Positions 12,478 through 27,255 are shown, counted from the first letter of the whole stretch. The stretch is DNA of 63,981 bases, filler included, from Octopus bimaculoides (GCF_001194135.2; 7 parts of 7 records of this genome joined end to end with filler, not necessarily neighbours in it), one strand, 5' to 3'. A program made the numbers and translations. Notes: generated by a model not told the origin, from the letters alone.

Positions 12478-12775
12478 AAGGCGGCGAGCTAACAGAATCA
12501 TTAGTACTCCGGAGAAAATGCTCAATGGCATTCTGTCCGTCTTTACGTTCCGAGTTGAAGTTCCGCAGGAGTTAATTTTGTATTTCATCCTTTCGGGAGG
12601 CGATAATGTAAGTACCAGTTAAACACTGGGTGTCGATAAAATTGTTGGCTGGTCGGTACGAAGGCGCTGATTTTCTGATAAGCATTAACATTAAATTTAT
12701 TTCTCATTTCGATCTAATCGACTGCCTCCCACCCCAAAATTTTCGGGCCTTGTACGTAGAGTAGAAAAGAATATG
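12478..12775 (+). mobile_element. Full SINE family B interrupted by a 71-bp insertion
   Basis: Head AAGGCGGCGAGCTAACAGAATC; tail CCCCAAAATTTTCGGGCCTTGTACGTAGAGTAGAAAAG. Insert 12638-12708 is flanked by TCGAT on both sides. Confidence 0.85.
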
Positions 12776-14905
12776 AAATATATCTAATTACAGAAAAAAT
12801 ATGCATCATTCAATAGTTTATGCAATTTTCTAGAGTGGTACGTTCATGATAATTTATTCTTGTAACGAGAAGATTTTGAAGCTTATTCGATTTTTTGGGA
12901 TTTCTCTGTTCTAAATGACTATAACATTTCTAATTTAGAAGATCCGTATTTTACAAATATTGTCAACAATCCGAATGTCTTTCATTAATTATCATTAGAC
13001 ATTGTCGTTATTTTATAAAACTTATTTGTTATAAGCACGTATTAAAATATCTGATATGCCTCAAATATGGGAAAATTCTTCCTCACATGAAGACCCTCTA
13101 TATATCATCTTCACTCGTTTCCTTATTAAAGCATAGTGTAAGTCGATTTGTTAGATAACGGAAACTGTTATAATTGCATTATATGCATCCATTGCACAGA
13201 AAACGCGTGCAAATTTGAGACTCACATATACAAGCGCACATATAATGCATGCATTATTAATGCGACATTCATATGTTATGAAGCTGCTAAGCAATTAAAT
13301 GATTACAAAAGTATTAGCAACCTGTGCAAGTTTGGTGAGTTCCCACGTCGGTACCTGCCGCTGTTGGACGATAGGTGTGTAAAATGTAGTTACTGTATGC
13401 GATATAGAATCAGATAATTGACTCCATTGTTAAATCAAGAATAGAAAGCAAACGTACTCCAGCATAAGTTTGCTATGCTATACTAAATAAATCTGGGATA
13501 ACTATGTATATATGAAGCTGATTTGTTCGGAGGAAGCAGTTTCAGATTTAGTAAATATCCAGAGAATCCTGGTTACGATTACAGAAGATTGACAGTTTTT
13601 GGCACATTAAGAAATTAGATATAACGGACGAGGTTGTGTAGTGTTTTCTTGCTGACAATTCTGAAAAAGAAAGCCACAGTTTGAAGAATATATGTGTTTT
13701 CGCAGATAGTTTTCGCAAAATGTTCGCTACCGTGAAATGATAAAAATCAACATTCATCCCAGTAGCGAAGAATAAGAATATATTTCAAACTAACCAAAAT
13801 ATACTTCGTTATGTGTCACTGTCTACACCATTATTTTCAACTTGCGCAAACTGATGGGTATTTTTTGCATATATCCTTTTACTTTTTCTTTTGAAATTGA
13901 GAATGGAATTTTCAGTAATATACCTGCCAATCCTTATCAATATTTATCAGTTTGCAAATATTAAACAAAGTGTTAACGGATAGAAAAGAACAATAGATAT
14001 GTCTTACAGCTCGTCTCTTAATGGAATATATTTTTCATGTCGTTCTCTATTTTTAGTGACAGCGTCAAGAGGAGAAACGGATTGATTTTACTTTCGAAAC
14101 AGCTGGATGTTAATTGTGTTAGACAATCCACTCAACTGTTTCAGGTTCAACAGTTTTGGACGCATATAAAATAAAATAAATACTAATTTTCGTACATAAC
14201 CTGAGTGTATTGAGTATTTGCATTTAACTTGCGGTTACGTATATGTAAATATAAATAGAACAGCGTATTGACTGTTTGCAAGAATGAACTTACAAAACTA
14301 ATCCAGGTTGGGTAAAGGCCAAAGTAAATTTCTTTAGCACTTCTGAATAATTTCAAATAAGCTACACATAATTATTGATTAGTAGACAGTTTGTCTATAT
14401 AACCATCATTTACTTACTGGTTTATTATGCGTCATGCCAAGTAAAGTATAGAAATAAGATTTTAAATATTTTGAAATAAGATATTCATAAAATGTAAATA
14501 TGGTTACTCCATTGGGAGATATTCATATCATACTTGTAAGCTGTTTTTTAATTCTTCTATACATATACATGAATAATCTAGAAAAAAAGGGACACATACA
14601 CAATATTTTAGCAAAATTTTATTCAATAGTGATAAGAAATACATCTTTATGTATTTGGTTACACATACTTTGCTATGTGCTGTATTGTATATCATGGAAG
14701 ATGTTGACACTCATATGTCAACTGTATGTAAACATATTTATATTCATGAGTTTCTCACAATATTTAGTTGAATAGGTATTGTGTGTGTGTTTGGGTATAT
14801 ATATATATATATATATACGCATGTATATGTATGTACGTATATGTGTATGCAATCATGCATAAATGCAGACACCTATCTATCTATCTATTTATCTCTCTCT
14901 CTCTA

Positions 14906-14960
<55 letters not shown>

Positions 14961-14974
14961 GTACTGTCTTTTAT

Positions 14975-15086
14975 TATTTTACTTGTTTCAGTCATTTCAC
15001 TGCGGCCATGCTGGAGCACCGCCTTTAGTCGAGCAAATAGAACCCCAGGACTTATTCTTTGGAAGCCTAGTACTTATTCTATCGGT
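14975..15086 (-). mobile_element. SINE family H, 3' part (other tail fragments on + at ~8430-8495 and ~44510-44610)
   Basis: Shared motif TAAAGGC(G/C/A)GTGCTCCAGCATG...CTGAAACAA(G/A)TAAAA at three loci. Confidence 0.75.
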
Positions 15087-15341
15087 NNNNNNNNNNNNNN
15101 NNNNNNNNNNNNNNNNNNNNNNNNNNNNNNNNNNNNNNNNNNNNNNNNNNNNNNNNNNNNNNNNNNNNNNNNNNNNNNNNNNNNNNNNNNNNNNNNNNNN
15201 NNNNNNNNNNNNNNNNNNNNNNNNNNNNNNNNNNNNNNNNNNNNNNNNNNNNNNNNNNNNNNNNNNNNNNNNNNNNNNNNNNNNNNNNNNNNNNNNNNNN
15301 NNNNNNNNNNNNNNNNNNNNNATATATATATATATATATAT

Positions 15342-15505
15342 ACGACGGGCTTCTTTCAGTTTCCACCTACCAAATCCACTCGCATAGCTTTGGTCGGCCC
15401 GATGCTGCAGTAGAAGACACTCACCCATGTTGCCATGCAGTGGGAATGAACCCGGAACCTTGTGGTTGGTAAGCAAGCTACTTAACACGCAACCACGTCT
15501 GCGCC
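15342..15505 (-). mobile_element. Full SINE family C (tRNA-derived) within a (TA)n tract
   Basis: Reverse complement reads GGCGCAGACGTGG...GGTTCCGGGTTCATTCCCACTGCATGGCAAC...GAAAGAAGCCCGTCG(TA)n; matches 51119-51281 and 52938-53090. Confidence 0.9.
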
Positions 15506-15829
15506 TATATATATATATAGAGAGAGAGCGAAATACAGAATGGGACAAGAACGCAAAACATCCAGGCAGTTAGCTGATACAAAAAAAGAAGCAAAACATC
15601 CAGAATGACGATACAAAGAAAACAAAGACGGGTCGTTCGGAGTTTTTCTTTCTTCAGTCGAGATCCAGATTATCCTTGCAATTTCGGCTGGTTACAAATT
15701 ATAACCGGGTTTACAAATTATATCTAAATAAAACATTCGTTGCATTATTTGCTCAGTGGAAAAATATTGTTTCTGTTTTGCTCGAGAAACGTTGGAAAAT
15801 TCAGTAACCTGAAATAATGAGTTTTTATT

Positions 15830-16020
15830 CAAGAACAACAATTTCAGGGGAGTGGGTAAGTCGATCCCCTATGTTCCAGTGCTTAACTGTTTCGCATTCT
15901 ATTGACCCTGAAAGGATGAAGAACAAAGTGGCCATCGGTGAATTTAAACAGAGGATGAATAGATGAACGGAATACTAAGCACTTTTTCTCGACATGGTCA
16001 CGTTCCTCCTGTTTCGCCTC
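15830..16020 (-). mobile_element. Decayed SINE family B
   Basis: ATTGACCCTGAAAGGATGAAGAACAAAGTGG matches the reverse complement of the B central block. Confidence 0.65.
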
Positions 16021-17959
16021 TTTAAAATTGGGAATATTACAAACTGTTTTTTGTCTAGTAAATAAGCAAGATGATATCCAGTAACGTATGAGAAATTTTC
16101 AGAATCATTTTCTGAAATCTCCGACTATTACTAACAATCCTGTGAAAACCTATAGATAAAATATTAAATTAGTCAAATTCAGGACAATGAAACTGAAATA
16201 CAATTAATTTCGAAACCATAAAATCTTCTGATTTGTGCAAAATCCCCTCTGTTGATTAGAAGACAGAGAGGTACTTAATAATCTACAGCTACCACTGCAC
16301 AACACTGTCTATAATATAAAGCTTATCGATAAACTAATTGCATTCTGAATATGCCCTTTAAATTGAAAGGGAAAATTTAAACTTATGTATTATTAAATCG
16401 TTGTTATGTGATGTGCCATTACTTAGAAAGTCATCCACCATCAAATCCTATAGCAAACGAGAGAAAACTATTCCTAGAAGGATGTGACTGCACAAAAAAA
16501 GAGAACTCGACACATTATCTGTCGAATTAGAAAGTTCTCTGATCCAGCCATTTTCGTATTTATGCATTTATGAAAACGAGAGAATATGCATCTAATTCCG
16601 AGAGTGAATCGAATACCACAAATAATAAAAAGATGCCCTAATTATACACTACGAAACATTCCGTCTAAACTGAGTTTAAATTCGATTACAGCAAAACTGC
16701 TGTAGCATCGACAACATTTAGATGGAATTTAACTAAAGGAGTGTTTAATTTTGGAAATAGTTATAATTTACATTTTCATTCATATTGTGAGCACATGCAT
16801 TGTTTGTACAGATTTCAGAATATTACATACAGAACAGTGTTGTTTAGTCCCGTTTTATCCATTGAACACATTAGAACTAGGATACTAAATTACTAAATTG
16901 CTTTGAGGATAAGTATAAAGCGTATATACAAAATACAACATTTATATATTTTTTCAGCAAAAGTAACCAACGTGCTTTCTTAAAAAGTTGTTTGAAAATT
17001 GTGATCAACGTGACTGCCTCTTTGCATTGTTTCATGTTGAATGACAAGTGGTGAAAAAGAAAGCACTTTATCCAAAAGACTGAAGTACATAATATGCTTC
17101 TAATATGCAAATTAGGTATTTCAAAACATTAGAAAAATATCATGAAATATAAAATTAAACACAATTCCCTTGGCTATAAATCAGAGTTACTGTTCCAAGA
17201 ACATGAAAAAGTTTAGCATATGTGTGTATACACGCACACAGACACACACGCACACACACACACACACTCACACACACACACACACACATATATATACATA
17301 TATGGAATTTAATGAAATGAAGCTAAGGGTACAAAATTTACCGTTTCATATTATAAAATTGTTTGACTTTTGTATAATATATTTCTTTTGCACATCAATC
17401 ATCGTGGATTTTAGAAAAGAGCAACAACAAAAATTATATGTACAAGATCTGTTTATTTGTCAGTGAGTGCCCAGTTAAAATCTGCATTTCAATCAAATAA
17501 ATTTGAAGCTCAAGCTTTGATTTTTAAATGAGATGACTTTGCATGTGTCTGAGGTTTTTAATCGATCGGAATTTTTGTTTGATCTTTGATGTGAAGAATT
17601 GATCGAATAGAATTTATTTCGATATATATCATGTTGTCAGAGTTAAGAGTAATCCAATATTTCATAACACAAAAAATGTTAACCAGTCTTTTTCACTGCT
17701 CTTTTGCTTTCCCCAATGAAATCGTATCCAGTATGAACATAAGCAAATTTAAAACAGCCAAGTGTTCCATGAAAATACGATACAAAAGAAAAGAAATGAT
17801 TATAAGGCTGTTTAACACTAATCCTGCTCAACACGATTTACGAATGTCTATCTTCGTGTGTACGCGTGTGTATATGACGAATTGTTAGAAGATTGTTTAT
17901 AACAAAAGTTTTTTTTTTCTTTGTAGCGAGAAGTTCTCTAGAACCGCGATAGTAACTAC

Positions 17960-18140
17960 AAACTTTCGTGCTGGGTGAAATTTTTAACGGCAATTTGTTC
18001 AAATTCCAGCGATATCGACTTTGCCTTTCATCCATCGGGGTCGATATTTTAAGAACCAGTCGATCACTGGGGTTGATGTAATCAAATTAAACCACCCCGA
18101 AAAATTGATGGCCTAGTGCCGAAATTTGAAGCCAGTATTA
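17960..18140 (+). mobile_element. SINE family B fragment
   Basis: TCGACTTTGCCTTTCATCCATCGGGGTCGAT... Confidence 0.75.
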
Positions 18141-18329
18141 ACGGCTGTAACATCGTTATTGATACTTAGGAGTACTGAGAACAATTAATCTCCCGTGGAC
18201 ACTAACACTTAATGAGTACAAATGTGATGACAACGGCAAAATAAAATCGGCGTCTGCCACAAATATAACATCACGGATTATTGCAACAACTATTATTACT
18301 ATTAATAATATTATTGTCTCCTGTAATCA

Positions 18330-18530
18330 AAAGGCAAAAAAGCCTGAAGTCTGGGAGAAGGTTTTAGTCTATTACATTGACCCAGTGCTCAGCTAGTAAT
18401 GTAATTATTTTAATGATCCCGAAAGTGTGAAAGGAAAAGTTAACCCTGGCCGATTTTGTACCTAGAACGTATAAACGAGGGAAATGCCGCTAGTAATTCT
18501 GTCCATTGTTCTAACTATTTTGCAATCTGA
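18330..18530 (-). mobile_element. Decayed SINE family B
   Basis: GATCCCGAAAGTGTGAAAGGAAAAGTTAACC...GAAATGCCGCTAG. Confidence 0.65.
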
Positions 18531-18649
18531 CTTGCTATTATTATTATTACCATTATTGATTTGACTCACGTACAGTCTTATTCCTGTTAGGATTTATGTG
18601 AGTTGGATTTATATGATTTAATGTTATTGCCTTTAATATTACGTATCCA

Positions 18650-19110
18650 CAAGTTTACAGCAGTCTTTCAAGTGCATAAAACCCTCCTGGTAATCCTTGC
18701 AGTCCCAAAGAAACAACTCTACAAGGCATTTTCTTCCCTTCTCCCTCAGCCATTTATTTATGTTTTTTTAACTCTCCCCAACGCGCCAATTATTATAGCT
18801 AAAACCTCTACAGTTCTCATACCCCAAATGCTTCCTATTTCAATTTTAAAAGGATTGAATTTTTATTTCTTTTTCGTACTCTTTCTTTTCGATCCTGTAA
18901 TCGAACGTGGATCAGAGTTCCATTAGTAAGCAAATTCGGTTTATCCTTAACTATAATCCTTGTGTTCGGTATAATAACTTCTAACTTTTTCTCCGTTTCA
19001 ATAGGACATTTCCACAACATCTTGCATTTTTTTCGACTCCAGTACTCTTTTGACTCCATGCTTTCACCACATGTTTCGAGCTTCAAAATCCTCATTTCTG
19101 GCAAAGTTTC
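18650..19110 (-). mobile_element. Decayed 3' end of an R4/Dong-type (RLE) non-LTR retrotransposon
   Basis: Frameshifted translation KMLWKCPIETEKKLE...IWGMRTVEVLAIIIGALGRVKK...GTARITRRVL matches the RLE C-terminal pattern. Confidence 0.8.
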
Positions 19111-19127
19111 AAGTATTAATGTTTTAC

Positions 19128-19240
19128 CAAAATCCACTCATTAGGCTATGGACGGTCCGGGGCTACAATAGAAGACACTCGTTCAAGGTGCCACGCAGTG
19201 GGACTGAAATGAGAACCATGTGATTTGGAAGCCATCTTCT
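19128..19240 (-). mobile_element. SINE family C (partial)
   Basis: ATAGAAGACACTCGTTCAAGGTGCCACGCAGTGGGACTGAA...AACCATGTG. Confidence 0.8.
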
Positions 19241-22187
19241 TTGAAATTTATTCGTCAAAATATTTTGCTTTCAACTGACTTATTCAAATGTCTTATGTTT
19301 TTTAACGTGATTTTCTCTTTCATTCTATACTTAAATATTGCTTCATTTCTGTACAAGTATTTTACATTTAATTTATGTTTAGGATATTTCTCGTTATTGT
19401 ACATCATTCACAAATCTGAAAAGATACTTCGAGTTAAAAAGGTCTCTTTTCCACACACATGCATTTTCAGATTTTGAGGGGAAAAAAACTATTCATTATA
19501 TCGTATTAGAAAATTAAGTTCAACGTATTCACAAAAGCTTCTAGAAAATATAAATACTTGCTTAAATTTTTAGTTTATAGACTTCCATTTATTTCAAAAG
19601 AAAAGAAAGGAACAGTTGAATAATACCGCTATGTTAATTCTAAGAAATTATACTAGTTTTATTTCTAACATATAATAGCACTTAAGAAGAATTTGGTTAA
19701 AATATTCTTGCATAATTTCTGATAGACATCTGGAATTTAAATTTTAATGTACAAAGAAACACTTTTTCTTTCAAATTCATTCCCGAAGCATTTCTTCTCA
19801 CTGAAATATTCAGACTAAAATCAATAATCCCCTCCTATTACATATGACAAGATAGCATGCATTTAATTATTTGACGTTTCTTAATCATAGCATAATTTGA
19901 AATATGCAACGACTTCAGCTTTCAAACATTTTCGAGCCTTTTTCAAAACCTACTTCAATGAAGTTATTATATAACGTAATTACGTTTAATATATCGCTTA
20001 AGTATTTCAGTACATTGAAAGGGACAGATCAATCGCATGACGTTTCTTTATGATAAATAAGGCATCCATGGGTTGACAGCTAGCTGACGTGAAATATAAA
20101 AATACATTTTTGGCATACGGTATATTGTTACTGGAACATATTTGAATAGTTCTTTTAAAAGCAGCATTTGGGACCGACACGACAGGATAATTAGAGAATG
20201 TTCCAACTGAAAACAATTCATTTCAAAAATATAAATTTGGTTTAGAATACCAGAAAAAAGATTTCAGAGACATGACTGTCATTTTAATGAAATTTATTGA
20301 AAACGAATATTCACATGAATTTTGAACAAAAGTATTCCATTTTTTATATAGAATGTACGTTGTGTATATCAAGCAAAATATATGCGTACATAAAGAGATA
20401 TATGCACGCACGCACACACACACATCCATACACACACAGAGAAACACACATACACACTCACATTTGCACGCAAATACACACACGCAGATACACATACACA
20501 TATGAAGGTATTGTTATGTATGCATGTATGTGTATGTGTATATATTTGTGTGTGTGTATGTGTGTATTCGCATCTCTCTCAATCTCTCTTTGAATATATA
20601 TATATATATATATATANNNNNNNNNNNNNNNNNNNNNNNNNNNNNNNNNNNNNNNNNNNNNNNNNNNNNNNNNNNNNNNNNNNNNNNNNNNNNNNNNNNN
20701 NNNNNNNNNNNNNNNNNNNNNNNNNNNNNNNNNNNNNNNNNNNNNNNNNNNNNNNNNNNNNNNNNNNNNNNNNNNNNNNNNNNNNNNNNNNNNNNNNNNN
20801 NNNNNNNNNNNNNNNNNNNNNNNNNNNNNNNNNNNNNNNNNNNNNNNNNNNNNNNNNNNNNNNNNNNNNNNNNNNNNNNNNNNNNNNNNNNNNNNNNNNN
20901 NNNNNNNNNNNNNNNNNNNNNNNNNNNNNNNNNNNNNNNNNNNNNNNNNNNNNNNNNNNNNNNNNNNNNNNNNNNNNNNNNNNNNNNNNNNNNNNNNNNN
21001 NNNNNNNNNNNNNNNNNNNNNNNNNNNNNNNNNNNNNNNNNNNNNNNNNNNNNNNNNNNNNNNNNNNNNNNNNNNNNNNNNNNNNNNNNNNNNNNNNNNN
21101 NNNNNNNNNNNNNNNNNNNTATATATATATATATATTACATACGTGTATGTGTGTTTACCTATCTATATGTGTATAAAAAAAATTCAGAAAACAAAATGA
21201 CAATATACAATTTCAATCCATTTTTTTCAATTCTAAATTTCGTAATTTGTTTTTCGTACGGATAGATAAATGAAGCCCATATTGGCGTAATATTTCTCCT
21301 AATACACAATAAAGCATAAGCACTCATTCCTGTGATAAACAAAATATTCATAGCATCATACCTAAATATAATTCCAACAAACATACATTTAATACAAAAG
21401 TATTTAGTAGGAGAAATAAAAATGTTGACTGAGAAAATAGGAAAATGGTATTATAAGTTTTCAATGATCTGTTTTTTTAAATACATCAGTCAACAACAAT
21501 TCATATAATATCATAAAATGGTGATTAGCTGTATAAAACTATGCAGCATTTAATTGGTTTTTATTGGGAGGTGAGCTTCCACGAAAAACATGTGAAGGAA
21601 TAATTGAAGATATTTACCAAAGCAAAATTTGTTATCAGCGTGATAGCTATATGAATTAAATGAATGAAAACCGAGTAAATACATATATGCGACATAGTAA
21701 CACATGCGTTGACGTAACAATTGCCGAAGCCAAGGGATTTCTTACGAAGAGACTCATAAGATTTCATTCCGATTACTTGAAAATTATTATTTAAATTGCA
21801 AGAAAATTATAAGTCAGGGGAAGGTTATTTATAAGTAGCGTAAGTAGTTCTATTCCACAGAGTGATTAATGACTAAATTTTGTCTTTCACGGGAAGGGTT
21901 AAACTCGTAATTTATGATGGAAGAGATCAACGATAATTTTATATGAGAAAATTGTATTTTCTTGCATGTTATGTATTACATAAGAATTTTAGTTCAGCGA
22001 ATCGACCACGAAACATTTTCAGCCGAGTACTTTTTCTATCGGATACTTTTTTGTCGAATTGCTAAGTTACTGCACCGGTTGTCAATTAGCGACGGGGAAG
22101 AGAGACACAGAAGCATCTGCACACACACACACGCATTCACACGCATGCACAAATAAAGACACCCACATGTATAAGATGGGATCCTTT

Positions 22188-22235
22188 TAGTTTTCGTCTA
22201 CCAAATCCACTCAAAATGCTTTGGTCGGCCCTAGG
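22188..22235 (-). mobile_element. SINE family C, 3' fragment
   Basis: TTTTCGTCTACCAAATCCACTCAAAATGCTTTGGTCGGCCC. Confidence 0.7.
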
Positions 22236-22365
22236 TACAATTTTGTAGGACAGAACCCGCAACAATGCGGTTCTGAAGCAAAATATTTCTTCATAACCAG
22301 ACGGGGAGAAAGAGAGACACAGAGAGAGAAGCTAGCTAGCTAGACAGACAGACAGACAGACAGGC

Positions 22366-22396
<31 letters not shown>

Positions 22397-22646
22397 ACCA
22401 AACAGACATAGCCCCTAGTTGAAAGTGCGTGTCACATTGTAACATGTTCAATAGTTTCTGCTGTAATTTTTTTTGTGAGTAATGCAGCCGCAAACTATTA
22501 TCGACACCGGCTCTCGGCCTGTCGTCATATTAATTCGGAGGTAGGTGGGAGACATTGTGTTCAGAGGGAGACTGGGCAACACTAGAACCAGGATGCTACT
22601 GATTCGTAGTATATATAATGCCTACATACATATATATATATATATA

Positions 22647-22746
22647 NNNNNNNNNNNNNNNNNNNNNNNNNNNNNNNNNNNNNNNNNNNNTTAATTAATT
22701 AANNNNNNNNNNNNNNNNNNNNNNNNNNNNNNNNNNNNNNNNNNNN
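22647..22746. other. Artificial assembly join: 44 N + TTAATTAATTAA + 44 N (also at 45976, 51960, 58721, 60327, 62845)
   Basis: Identical 100-nt pattern six times; the linker has stops in all six frames. Confidence 0.95.
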
Positions 22747-22921
22747 AACCAAGGTTGTGGATTATTCCCTGAATGGTTTCTTTTGAACCTTTAGTGCAAC
22801 AGAGAGGAAACTACACATTTCCGACCAGCTTCGCCAGAGGGCGCTTTTTTATGATGCAGTCTGGTCACTTTATCCACATAGAGATGGCTCTTGATAATAT
22901 TCTCTGCATCCTACACATAGA

Positions 22922-22980
<59 letters not shown>

Positions 22981-23225
22981 TCTTTCGATGTACGCAATTC
23001 AAATAGTATTAAATTATAAATGTCGGCTATGTATCGTACTTAACATATATACGGTATAGACAGAACAGGGCTGATGTTTCGGTTTTGGTGTGATAGAAAA
23101 TCTCTTAATAAACGTTACCTATATAACAGAAGTTAATGATTCCATCTAGTCTTAGTGTATAAGTCATTGACAAGAACTTTCCCGTGTGTCACTGTTGGGT
23201 TCATGTTCATCTTACTCTAGTATAT

Positions 23226-23283
<58 letters not shown>

Positions 23284-25276
23284 ATATATATGGGCGTGAG
23301 TGTGAGTGTGTGTGTGTATGTGTATACATAGATATATATGTCTGTAAGTATGTTTGTACATTATAATGATCATAGGCTATTGATCGATAGCCGATGAATG
23401 AGCTGCTATAAAATGTTATGAACCGAAATACCAAAAATACATTCCTCACAGTCGTAGACCTCCCTTTACTACAATAAGGTTTCATTCGGCGCTGGAAGCT
23501 CGAAAATATTATGATTACTCAGCTTTCTTCACAATAATCCATTCTGGACGCTTCTTTATCAGTTTACTAAAGAAGGATTTAGGTTTGAAATATAATCTGC
23601 GGCAAAAATGATCTGCGTTTAAGCTTCATCCTTTTATTTATGTTTCCACGATTCCACGATTCATAGATCTTGAAATTTAGTGTAAATTTTGCTGACAGCT
23701 TTTCCAATGGCGTATTCACATTTTATTGAGCTATACAAAGTTTATCCCCACTAGTGACATTTTGCTTACACCTTGCAGGAGCAAATAGCAGGAACGATGC
23801 TAAGTAACCCGAAAATCGTCGGTCACGAACCCATTTGACTTATTGACGTTATTCTTATTATGACTGCTTTCAAAAGATTTAAGATTTAAAAGCTTTTGCA
23901 GTTTATATAAACACTCGCTTGGGGAGATGTAATACACAACATGCAAGGTCAGCTTCAAACGCTGGTGGTCCAGCTACTATACCGGATGTCCAGTAGCCGT
24001 CCACAGTATGATGCATGTCTGCTAATTTGAGATATTCCTTTAAAGTTCATAAGGATGCTATGGAATGCCATTGATCATAAAACTGGCACAATAAACCAGC
24101 TTAGCCGTATTTAAATGAAATCAATTTGAGTTTCCATAATGCAGTGACCAGCAGAGCGTCGTACATCAGGAATTGTGATATCTATATGCATGTTTAGATT
24201 TTTCTTTCAAGCACTGCTCGAGTCGAAAACCAAACAGCAGTCAAATAATTGCCTTGTTCGATTGTACTTTTAACGAAAACAATGTTGGTGTGATCCACGA
24301 ATGAAAAATCTATATTTCTTTAAGCATTTGATTAGATGTTAAAGTTAACTAATAGAATTTGACAGTGTGAGGATATGATTACAACTATTTGTTGGAAGTG
24401 GAGCCAGAATTGGATTGTTAGTCAATCCATAAACAGAAAAGTGTGTGTGGAACGAGTACTTTTAATCCCCTTAAGAACATTTTCTGACAGATTTGGTTGC
24501 CTTTGTGGAGATTGGGATAGGGGATTAATCATATTTCGTTTTCATGAGGCACATTGTCAAGCAGTTTTAATGTAAAAGAAAGACAGACGTTTTGAACGGG
24601 ATATTATCACGCTATTATATTTATTTAATTGATTTCACCTGTTTGTAATGGATTGGCACGTTCCAGGAAGTATATTCTCCTCATTTGGTTATATTTAATC
24701 AGTTTTTCACTTTTCTAACATCTTGTGTATTAGATATATTATTCTAATCAACTGAAATACAACTGACGGCGGCTGTATATGAAAATACATCTCATCAGAA
24801 AGAACCGATGAATCTGAATATGAGAATGTATTGGTATGTGTGTGTATAATTATATCAATAAAGGTGAGTAGGCTGAAATATCTTACGTAAATGATAAGAG
24901 GTTATCTCTGGGGGATTTCTACTCTATTCCTTCGTATTTGGGCTCGAATTTTTCCATTTATTCTTGCAATATAAATTAATCTATTCACTTCAATGTATAC
25001 TGTCTGCCAGGGACGTGGAGAAAAGAGGCATGATTGTGTGTCTAATCTCAGGAAATCAATAATTACTTTATAAAGTAAATCCAGCATGAGGTCACAAATC
25101 TCATTTTTCGGCCTACTAACCTACGAGAGCTTTTTTCCCATACTCCAGTCAAGCGATCGTATTGAAATTCAATGAACTCACTTGAATCTATTGTTGAATT
25201 TATTGTTAAATCTATTGAATCTATTGCTGTTGACACAGAACCCAATCATTCTAATTGGTTATCTGACCTTAGCTTA

Positions 25277-25323
<47 letters not shown>

Positions 25324-26939
25324 CCGAACGGTAGTGGATGCGACAGACGGTAATTATTCAGAGGAAATTCCGTACGTTCGTCTTTGTACTATAAGGAATT
25401 GTACATTCACTTTAAGTCAGTCTGATTTACGGACGAAATCGTTATCGTTAGTGTCAAAACTTAAGCTATCTTTGGTCTTTCTCGGATATAGTGAATTTAG
25501 AAGTATATTAGGCGATGTGTATTTGCGCTACAACAACCAAAACTTGCTATAGGTTGGGTTCTGGGTCTTGCATTATCTTTTAGAGACTGCCGCAAATGAT
25601 TCGAGAAATATTTGGTTTTACTAGTGAAAGTTTATAGAATCTTTTAGTGGTTCATAGGAACCACTAAGAGATTCTAACATCTAACAACCGTTATTTCTCG
25701 ACAGAGCTGCAAGAGAGAGTTATAAAGTCATTTTATCAAGTGTTACAATTAATTTTATTCACTTCCTATTTCGCCTTTTTTCCTTATGGGCTCGATAAAA
25801 TAATCATCACTCGAATAATGAGATTCATTATAATCAACTTTATTATTTAAACACATTTCAGTCCTTCAGTCTACGTTAGGAATATCACTTGATGATAAGC
25901 AGGGAGTCAGACAAAGTAAGAAAGAAAGGAGATAGGAATAATATAGTTGTGATAATTCCATCTTAAACGCCTTGCTGCACGTTTTCGTGTAGCATGTATA
26001 TGTCACAATACAATTTTCCAGTGGTGATGGTCTTCTTTTGACGTGGAAGGGTTCTCTGGCTATTTTGCTGAAGGGAAGTGACATGAATTTGCGCTGCTTC
26101 ATCCTTATCAGTAACTCAACATCCGATTTACCATAATTAAGCTTTCCAGAAATCTATCAGAATCACGGTCACCAGTTCCATTACTATAAACATCGTCACC
26201 ACTGTCGTTATCCCCCTCATCATCATCAGCATCGCCATTGTCGTCGTCATCATCATGATCATCATCACATTCATCACTACGACCTCACAAATCATGACAA
26301 TTACAGGGTATCATTCTTGCAGCTATAGCGATCAACGACTTTTGATGGCACCTTAATTATAACGATAATAATGAGCCGTCTTGATTATAGACACCACCGC
26401 CATCAACACATCCACTATTGACACATCTAGCACTGCTGTCAACAGAAAATTGTCTGAAAGAATTATCAGAACACCGCGTTGAATACTGATTCTAATACCA
26501 CAACCACCATCAACTCCACAATAACAAATAACTTGACAACTAGCGGCGAAGTCAGATCCAGCACGAATGTCAACATCAGACTACCACAACGACCAATACC
26601 TGCACCAGTAATGCTACCTCAACCACAATTAGCACCAATAATGAATTGATACCATCCACCACACCACTACAAACATCATCCCCCAACAGCAATACAACAA
26701 CCGCGATAACCACCACAAGCACATAGTTTACTCACAACATCGGCTCCACCATGATCATTAAACATAACGGCCGTCGCCATGTCTTAAACAGCAGCCGAAA
26801 TAGAGGCAGCAGCAGGAAATTTGCAAGATGCATTAATGTGATGACGATACAGTCTGGGTCATTATCACATTTATAGAGGTGAATGACCATTTGACCGAAG
26901 CACGAACGCACGCATGCACACATGCATACACACGTGCAT

Positions 26940-27108
26940 ACACACGTGCATACCGGGACACTGACAAGCAGTAACTCACACACACACGCAGACACACATA
27001 GAGGACCGAACGAACAGACGCTTTGGTAAGGATATACAAACAGAAAAAAACACGCACAAATAATTTATATATGCACATACATATATATACAAACATATGC
27101 ATATATGC

Positions 27109-27157
<49 letters not shown>

Positions 27158-27180
27158 GCATATATGCATACACACGCAAA

Positions 27181-27255
<75 letters not shown>

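Noticed and set aside
15525-15700. Repeat-like segment with CTGAAGA on the minus strand
   Set aside because: The helices needed for a ribozyme do not pair in this copy; it is left as an unclassified possible repeat.
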